A DNA stretch of 64,000 nt from the human T2T-CHM13v2.0 reference genome, Homo sapiens. The notes under the pieces were generated by a model, which saw only the letters and a list, made by a program, of their open reading frames with translations, ran no database searches and had not been told where the DNA came from. Below are positions 57,430 through 64,000 of this stretch, in pieces (the first letter of the stretch is position 1; each line of letters begins with the position of its first letter). The position numbers and the translations under genes were made by a program. The stretch lies in the NCBI RefSeq assembly GCF_009914755.1, contig NC_060948.1, one strand, 5' to 3'.

Positions 57430-60400
57430 AAATGGAATGGAATGGAATGGAATGGAATGCCCTTGAATTAAATGGACTGGAATGGAATGGACTCGAACAG
57501 AGTGGAATGGAAAGTGTTGAGATAGAATGGAATGGACTCCTTTGGAATGGTGTAGTATGCAATGCAATCGACTGGCAGGGAATCAAAAGGAATGTAATGG
57601 AATGGATTGGACTGGAATGCAATGGACTCGAATAGATTGGAAACGGAATGCAAAGGAATGGAATGGAATAGTATGGAATGGAATGGAAAGGAATGGAGTG
57701 GAATAGACTAGAGTGGAATGGAATGGACTGGAAAGCAATGGACTGGAATGGAACTTTCTTGAATGGACTGGAATCAAACGGAATGGAATGCAATGCAATC
57801 AAATGGCATAGAATAAGATAGAATGAAAGAGAATCAAATGGAATTGAATGGAATGGAATCGAATGGATTGGAAAGGAATAGAATGGAATGGAATGGAATT
57901 GACTCAAATGGAATGGACTAGAATGGAATGGATTCGAATGGAAGGCAAAGGAATGGAATCTATTGGAATGGACTGTAATGGAATGCAATGGAAGGGATTG
58001 GAATGGACTCGAATGGAATGGACTGCAATAGAAAGGATACGAATGGAATGAAAAAGAATTGAATGGAATAGAACAGAATGGAAACAAATCGAATGAAATG
58101 GAATGGAATAGAAAGGAATGGAATGAAATGGAATGGAAAGGATTCGAATGGAATGCAAACGAATGGAATGGAATCGAACGGAATGGAATAAAATGGAAGA
58201 AAACTGGCAAGAAATGGAATCGAAATGAATGGAGTGTTATGGAAGGGACTCAAAAGGAATTGAATGTAATAGAATGGAGTGGAGTGGACTCGAATATAAT
58301 GGACTTGAATGGAATGAAATCACATGGAATGGGAACGAATGGAATGGAATGGAAAGGAATGGAATCGAATGGAAAGGAATCGAATGGAAGGGAATGAAAT
58401 TGAACCAACAGGAATGGAAGGGAATAGAATAGACGGTAATGGAATGGACTCGAATAGAATGGACACGAATGCTCAAATTGAATGGACTCGAATGGAATGG
58501 AAACGAAAGGAATGTCATCGAATGGAATTGAATCGATTGGAATGAAATCGCATAGAATGGAGTGGAATCAAATGGAATTGAATCGAAAGGAAAGGAAGCG
58601 AATGGACTGAAATGAAATGGAATGGAATTGAATGGAAAGTAATGCAATGGAATAGAATGGAACGAAATTTCACGGAATGGAATCAAACTGAATGGAATCA
58701 AATCAATGGAATCTAATCAAATGGAATGGAAAGGAATTGAATGGAGTAGATTGGATTGGATGGGATTGGAATGAAATGTACTGGAAAGGACTCGAATTTC
58801 ATGAAACGGAATGGAATGAATTGGAACGGAATGGACTCGAATGGAATGGAATGTCATGGAATGGCATCAAATGGAATGGCATCAAATGGAATGGAATCGA
58901 ATGCAATGGAATGCTATCGAATGGAATGGAATGCATTGGAATGGAATGTCCTCTAATGGAATGGATTCGAGTGGAATGGAATCGAATATAATGGAGTCGA
59001 ATGAAATGGAATTGAAAAGAATGGGATCGAATACAATGGAATATACTGGAATGTAATGTAATGAACTCGAATGTAATTGACTGGAATGGAATGTATATGA
59101 ATGGAATGTAATCGAATGGAAAGTAATCCAATGGAATAGAATCTAATGCAATAAAATCGACTCAGATAGAGTAGAATGTAATGGAATGGAGTGCAGTGCA
59201 ATGGAATGGAATGGAATGGAATGCAATGGAATGGAATGGAATGGGATGGAATGGTATGGAATGGATAGTAATGGACTGGAGTGAAATGGACTGGAAAGGA
59301 ATGGACTCAAATTGAAAGGGCTCGAAAGGAATGGAGACAAATGGTATGGTCTGGAATGGAATGAACACGAATGTAATGCAATCCAATAGAATAGAGTCGA
59401 ATGGCATGGAATATAAAGAAATGGAATCGAAGAGAATAGAAACAAATGGAATGGAATTGAATGGAATGGAATTGAGTGGAATGGGAACGAATGGAGTGAA
59501 ATTGTATGCAGTAGAAGAGAATAGAATGGAATGCAAGCGAAAGGAAAGGAATGGATTGGAATGGAATGGAATTCATTGGAATGGAAGGGAATGTAGTGTA
59601 ATGGACAGGCCTGGAATAAAGTGGAATGCTACGGTCTCGAGTGGAATAAAAATGTATGGATTGGAATGCAATGAAACGGAATCGAATGTCATAGAATGTA
59701 ATGGAATGCAAAAAAATGGAATCCGAAATCATTGACTGGAAAGGCTGGGTGTCGAAAGGAATTGACTCCAATGGAATGGAATCGAATGGAATGGAAGTGA
59801 ATAGAATCGAACTAAATCGAATGGAATGGAATTGATAGGAACGGAATGGAAAGGAATGCAATGATTTGGCATGGAATGGAATCGAATGGCATCGAATGGA
59901 ATGGAATGGAATGCAATGGAATGGAATGTATTAGAATGTAATGAACTTTAATGGAATGTACTCGAAAGGATTTGACTGGAATGGAATGTTCTGGAAGTGA
60001 ATGGACTCCAATGGAATGGATTCGAAAGGAATGGAATCGTACGGAATGGAATCTAATGGAATGGAATTAAATGGAAATGAATCAAATTGAATAGCACGGA
60101 ATTGAATTGAATGGAATGGAATGCAATGGAATCTAATGAAACGGAAAGGAAAGGAATGCAATGGAATGGAATGGGCTGGAATGGAAAGGAATCGAAACGA
60201 ATGGAATGGAATCGAACTGAAGAGACTGGAATGGAATGCACTGGAATGGAAGGGAGTGTAATGGAAGGTTCTCGAAAAAAATGGAATCGAATGGAATGGA
60301 ATTGAGTGGAACGGAATAGAGTCGAATGGAATTGAATGGAATGGAATGGACTAGAGTGAAATGGAATCGAACCACAAGGAATGGACAGGAATAGAATGGT

Positions 60401-63400
60401 CTCGAATTGAATGGAATCGTATGGAATGGCATCAAACGGAATGGAATGGACAGCCACGGAATGGAATGCACTCGAATGCAATGGAGTCGAAACTAATGGA
60501 CTGGAATAGAATGGACTCGACTGGTACGGACTCCAATGGAATGGAATCGAATGGAAGGGAATCGAACGGAATGGACTCAAAGGGAAAAGACTGCAATGGA
60601 ACGGTCTCGAATGGAATGGAAATTAATGGAATGGAATGGAATCGAATGAAATGGAGTCAAAAGGAATGGAATCGAATGGCAAGAAATCGAATGTAATGGA
60701 ATCGCAAGGAATTGATATGAACGGAACGGAATGGAATGGAATCCAAAGGAATGGAATAGAATGGAATGGAATCGAATGGAAAGGACTCGAATGGAAATCA
60801 CTCGAATAGAATGCAATTTAATAAAATAGGATCAAATGTAATGGAATGGAATGGAAAGGAATCGAAACGAAAGGAATGGAGACAGATGGAATGGAATGGA
60901 ACAGATAGCAATGGTATACAATGGAATGGAATCATCTGGAATGGAATTGAATGGAATGCAATAATATGAAATGGAATGGAATGGAATGGAATGGAATGCC
61001 CTTGAATTAAATGGACTGGACTCGAACAGAGTGGAATGGAAAGTGTTGAGATAGAATGGAATGGACTCCTTTGGAATGGTCTAGTATGCAATGCAATCGA
61101 CTGGCAGGGAATCAAAAGGAATGTAATGGAATGGATTGGACTGGAATGCAATGGACTCGAATAGATTGGAAACGGAATGCAAAGGAATGGAATGGAATAG
61201 TATGGAATGGAATGGAAAGGAATGGAGTGGAATAGACTAGAGTGGAATGGAATGGACTGGAAAGCAATGGACTGGAATGAAACTTTCTTGAATGGACTGG
61301 AATCAAACGGAATGGAATGCAATGCAATCAAATGGCATAGAATAAGATAGAATGAAAGAGAATCAAATGGAATTGAATGGAATGGAATCGAATGGATTGG
61401 AAAGGAATAGAATGGAATGGAATGGAATTGACTCAAATGGAATGGACTAGAATGGAATGGATTCGAATGGAAGGCAAAGGAATGGAATCTATTGGAATGG
61501 ACTGTAATGGAATGCAATGGAAGGGATTGGAATGGACTCGAATGGAATGGACTGCAATAGAAAGGATACGAATGGAATGAAAAAGAATTGAATGGAATAG
61601 AACAGAATGGAAACAAATCGAATGAAATGGAATGGAATAGAAAGGAATGGAATGAAATGGAATGGAAAGGATTCGAATGGAATGCAAACGAATGGAATGG
61701 AATCGAACGGAATGGAATAAAATGGAAGAAAACTGGCAAGAAATGGAATCGAAATGAATGGAGTGTTATGGAAGGGACTCAAAAGGAATTGAATGTAATA
61801 GAATGGAGTGGAGTGGACTCGAATATAATGGACTTGAATGGAATGAAATCACATGGAATGGGAACGAATGGAATGGAATGGAAAGGAATGGAATCGAATG
61901 GAAAGGAATCGAATGGAAGGGAATGAAATTGAACCAACAGGAATGGAAGGGAATAGAATAGACGGTAATGGAATGGACTCGAATAGAATGGACACGAATG
62001 CTCAAATTGAATGGACTCGAATGGAATGGAAACGAAAGGAATGTCATCGAATGGAATTGAATCGATTGGAATGAAATCGCATAGAATGGAGTGGAATCAA
62101 ATGGAATTGAATCGAAAGGAAAGGAAGCGAATGGACTGAAATGAAATGGAATGGAATTGAATGGAAAGTAATGCAATGGAATAGAATGGAACGAAATTTC
62201 ACGGAATGGAATCAAACTGAATGGAATCAAATCAATGGAATCTAATCAAATGGAATGGAAAGGAATTGAATGGAGTAGATTGGATTGGATGGGATTGGAA
62301 TGAAATGTACTGGAAAGGACTCGAATTTCATGAAACGGAATGGAATGAATTGGAACGGAATGGACTCGAATGGAATGGAATGTCATGGAATGGCATCAAA
62401 TGGAATGGCATCAAATGGAATGGAATCGAATGCAATGGAATGCTATCGAATGGAATGGAATGCATTGGAATGGAATGTCCTCTAATGGAATGGATTCGAG
62501 TGGAATGGAATCGAATATAATGGAGTCGAATGAAATGGAATTGAAAAGAATGGGATCGAATACAATGGAATATACTGGAATGTAATGTAATGAACTCGAA
62601 TGTAATTGACTGGAATGGAATGTATATGAATGGAATGTAATCGAATGGAAAGTAATCCAATGGAATAGAATCTAATGCAATAAAATCGACTCAGATAGAG
62701 TAGAATGTAATGGAATGGAGTGCAGTGCAATGGAATGGAATGGAATGGAATGCAATGGAATGGAATGGAATGGGATGGAATGGTATGGAATGGATAGTAA
62801 TGGACTGGAGTGAAATGGACTGGAAAGGAATGGACTCAAATTGAAAGGGCTCGAAAGGAATGGAGACAAATGGTATGGTCTGGAATGGAATGAACACGAA
62901 TGTAATGCAATCCAATAGAATAGAGTCGAATGGCATGGAATATAAAGAAATGGAATCGAAGAGAATAGAAACAAATGGAATGGAATTGAATGGAATGGAA
63001 TTGAGTGGAATGGGAACGAATGGAGTGAAATTGTATGCAGTAGAAGAGAATAGAATGGAATGCAAGCGAAAGGAAAGGAATGGATTGGAATGGAATGGAA
63101 TTCATTGGAATGGAAGGGAATGTAGTGTAATGGACAGGCCTGGAATAAAGTGGAATGCTACGGTCTCGAGTGGAATAAAAATGTATGGATTGGAATGCAA
63201 TGAAACGGAATCGAATGTCATAGAATGTAATGGAATGCAAAAAAATGGAATCCGAAATCATTGACTGGAAAGGCTGGGTGTCGAAAGGAATTGACTCCAA
63301 TGGAATGGAATCGAATGGAATGGAAGTGAATAGAATCGAACTAAATCGAATGGAATGGAATTGATAGGAACGGAATGGAAAGGAATGCAATGATTTGGCA

Positions 63401-64000
63401 TGGAATGGAATCGAATGGCATCGAATGGAATGGAATGGAATGCAATGGAATGGAATGTATTAGAATGTAATGAACTTTAATGGAATGTACTCGAAAGGAT
63501 TTGACTGGAATGGAATGTTCTGGAAGTGAATGGACTCCAATGGAATGGATTCGAAAGGAATGGAATCGTACGGAATGGAATCTAATGGAATGGAATTAAA
63601 TGGAAATGAATCAAATTGAATAGCACGGAATTGAATTGAATGGAATGGAATGCAATGGAATCTAATGAAACGGAAAGGAAAGGAATGCAATGGAATGGAA
63701 TGGGCTGGAATGGAAAGGAATCGAAACGAATGGAATGGAATCGAACTGAAGAGACTGGAATGGAATGCACTGGAATGGAAGGGAGTGTAATGGAAGGTTC
63801 TCGAAAAAAATGGAATCGAATGGAATGGAATTGAGTGGAACGGAATAGAGTCGAATGGAATTGAATGGAATGGAATGGACTAGAGTGAAATGGAATCGAA
63901 CCACAAGGAATGGACAGGAATAGAATGGTCTCGAATTGAATGGAATCGTATGGAATGGCATCAAACGGAATGGAATGGACAGCCACGGAATGGAATGCAC
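57430..64000 (+). repeat. Near-identical tandem duplication, period 3529 bp; second copy truncated by the window end
   Basis: Paired private variants: GGCATAGAATAAGATAG, GGATACGAA, GGAAACAAATCG, GAAGGGACTC, GAACCAACAGG, GGAGACAAATGGTATGG, ATCCGAAATC, GAAAGGATTTGAC. ORF track coordinates are offset by 3529. Confidence 0.88.

Larger units (their letters stand above)
2975..63141. repeat. Higher-order unit ladder defined by the once-per-unit StuI/HaeIII site AGGCCT (18 sites, 17 full units)
   Basis: AGGCCT starts at 2975, 6519, 10053, 13602, 17156, 20710, 24249, 27803, 31357, 34911, 38425, 41929, 45437, 48975, 52529, 56068, 59607, 63136. Several were read directly and the rest were placed by constant offset from the ORF track. 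Spacings: 3544, 3534, 3549, 3554, 3554, 3539, 3554, 3554, 3554, 3514, 3504, 3508, 3538, 3554, 3539, 3539, 3529. Confidence 0.93.
1..64000 (+). repeat. DYZ1: Human satellite III array, DYZ1 (Yq12 heterochromatin), ~18 tandem copies of a ~3.54-kb unit built from degenerate GGAAT pentamers
   Basis: Continuous GGAAT/CGAAT/GGACT/GCAAT pentamers across the window. Unique landmarks (GGACAGGCCTGGAATAAAGTGG, GCAATTTAATAAAATAGG, GAACCACAAGG, GGCTGGGTGTCG) recur every 3504-3569 bp. There is one conserved HaeIII/StuI site per unit, which fits the known ~3.5-kb HaeIII-defined DYZ1 repeat. No non-satellite insertion and no strand switch seen. Confidence 0.96.
43360..64000 (+). repeat. Second DYZ1 variant subfamily (right-hand block)
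   Basis: Fixed differences from units to the left: CTCCTTTGG vs CTCGTTTGG, loss of a 15-bp GCAATCGAATGGAAT copy, GGGAATAGAATAG vs GGGAGTAG, AATCGCATAG vs AATCACATAG, GAAAGTAATG vs GAAATTAATG, doubled GGCATCAAATGGAAT, GGGATCG vs GGGACCG, GGGAGTGTAA vs GGGAATGTAA. Confidence 0.88.

Noticed and set aside
191-64000. Hundreds of ORFs, up to 313 aa (e.g. 762..1589, 57293..58210, 60798..61739), with MEWNG- or FHSIP-type repeats
   Set aside because: (GGAAT)n and (ATTCC)n contain no stop codon in any frame and translate to 5-aa periodic peptides. The ORFs overlap in all frames, are opened and closed by random SNPs and indels, and show no recognisable domain. They are not called as CDS.
1-64000. CRISPR-like repeat-spacer array or prokaryotic system
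   Set aside because: There are no unique spacers between constant repeats and no cas or other genes. All variation is degenerate pentamer sequence repeated at ~3.54 kb.
1-64000. Alternative identities: HSat2, chr9-type HSat3, telomeric or alpha satellite
   Set aside because: The recurring CATCATCGAATGGAATCGAATGGAAT-type HSat2 motif, TTAGGG and the 171-bp monomer are all absent. The 3.5-kb period with a single StuI/HaeIII site and DYZ1 primer matches points to Yq12. Rare DYZ1-like copies elsewhere cannot be excluded without a search.
1-64000. DYZ2 (AT-rich/Alu-containing) blocks, L1/Alu insertions or inversions known from Yq12
   Set aside because: None are visible. The + strand stays GGAAT-oriented throughout and there is no poly(A) tail, target-site duplication or Alu sequence.
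1-64000. G-quadruplex or long inverted-repeat structures
   Set aside because: G-runs are almost all GG with isolated GGG, and only short palindromes (TCGA and 6-bp restriction sites) are present. The known GGA-mismatch hairpins of (GGAAT)n are a generic satellite III property, not a feature specific to this window.

Overview
The whole window is one uninterrupted, single-orientation array of degenerate (GGAAT)n pentamers (human satellite III type), with the purine-rich strand on +. The pentamers form a ~3.54-kb higher-order unit present about 18 times. A single conserved StuI/HaeIII site (AGGCCT) per unit gives 17 complete fragments of 3504-3554 bp. The unit size, the once-per-unit HaeIII site and exact matches to the classic Y-sexing primer pair (recalled from memory) identify it as DYZ1 of human Yq12 heterochromatin. 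I see no genes, RNA genes, transposons, DYZ2/Alu blocks or inversions, and all listed ORFs are pentamer-translation artefacts. I found no new gene system. The informative structure is in unit-to-unit variants. These show a ~7.08-kb dimer block, a 10-unit block marked by a 20-bp duplication plus a SalI site, four recent one-unit tandem duplications whose junctions map to the same part of the unit, a subfamily switch at ~43.3 kb followed by one unusually diverged unit, and conversion-like patches. Each unit also carries three perfect heat-shock elements. Variant calls were read by eye and need alignment to confirm.
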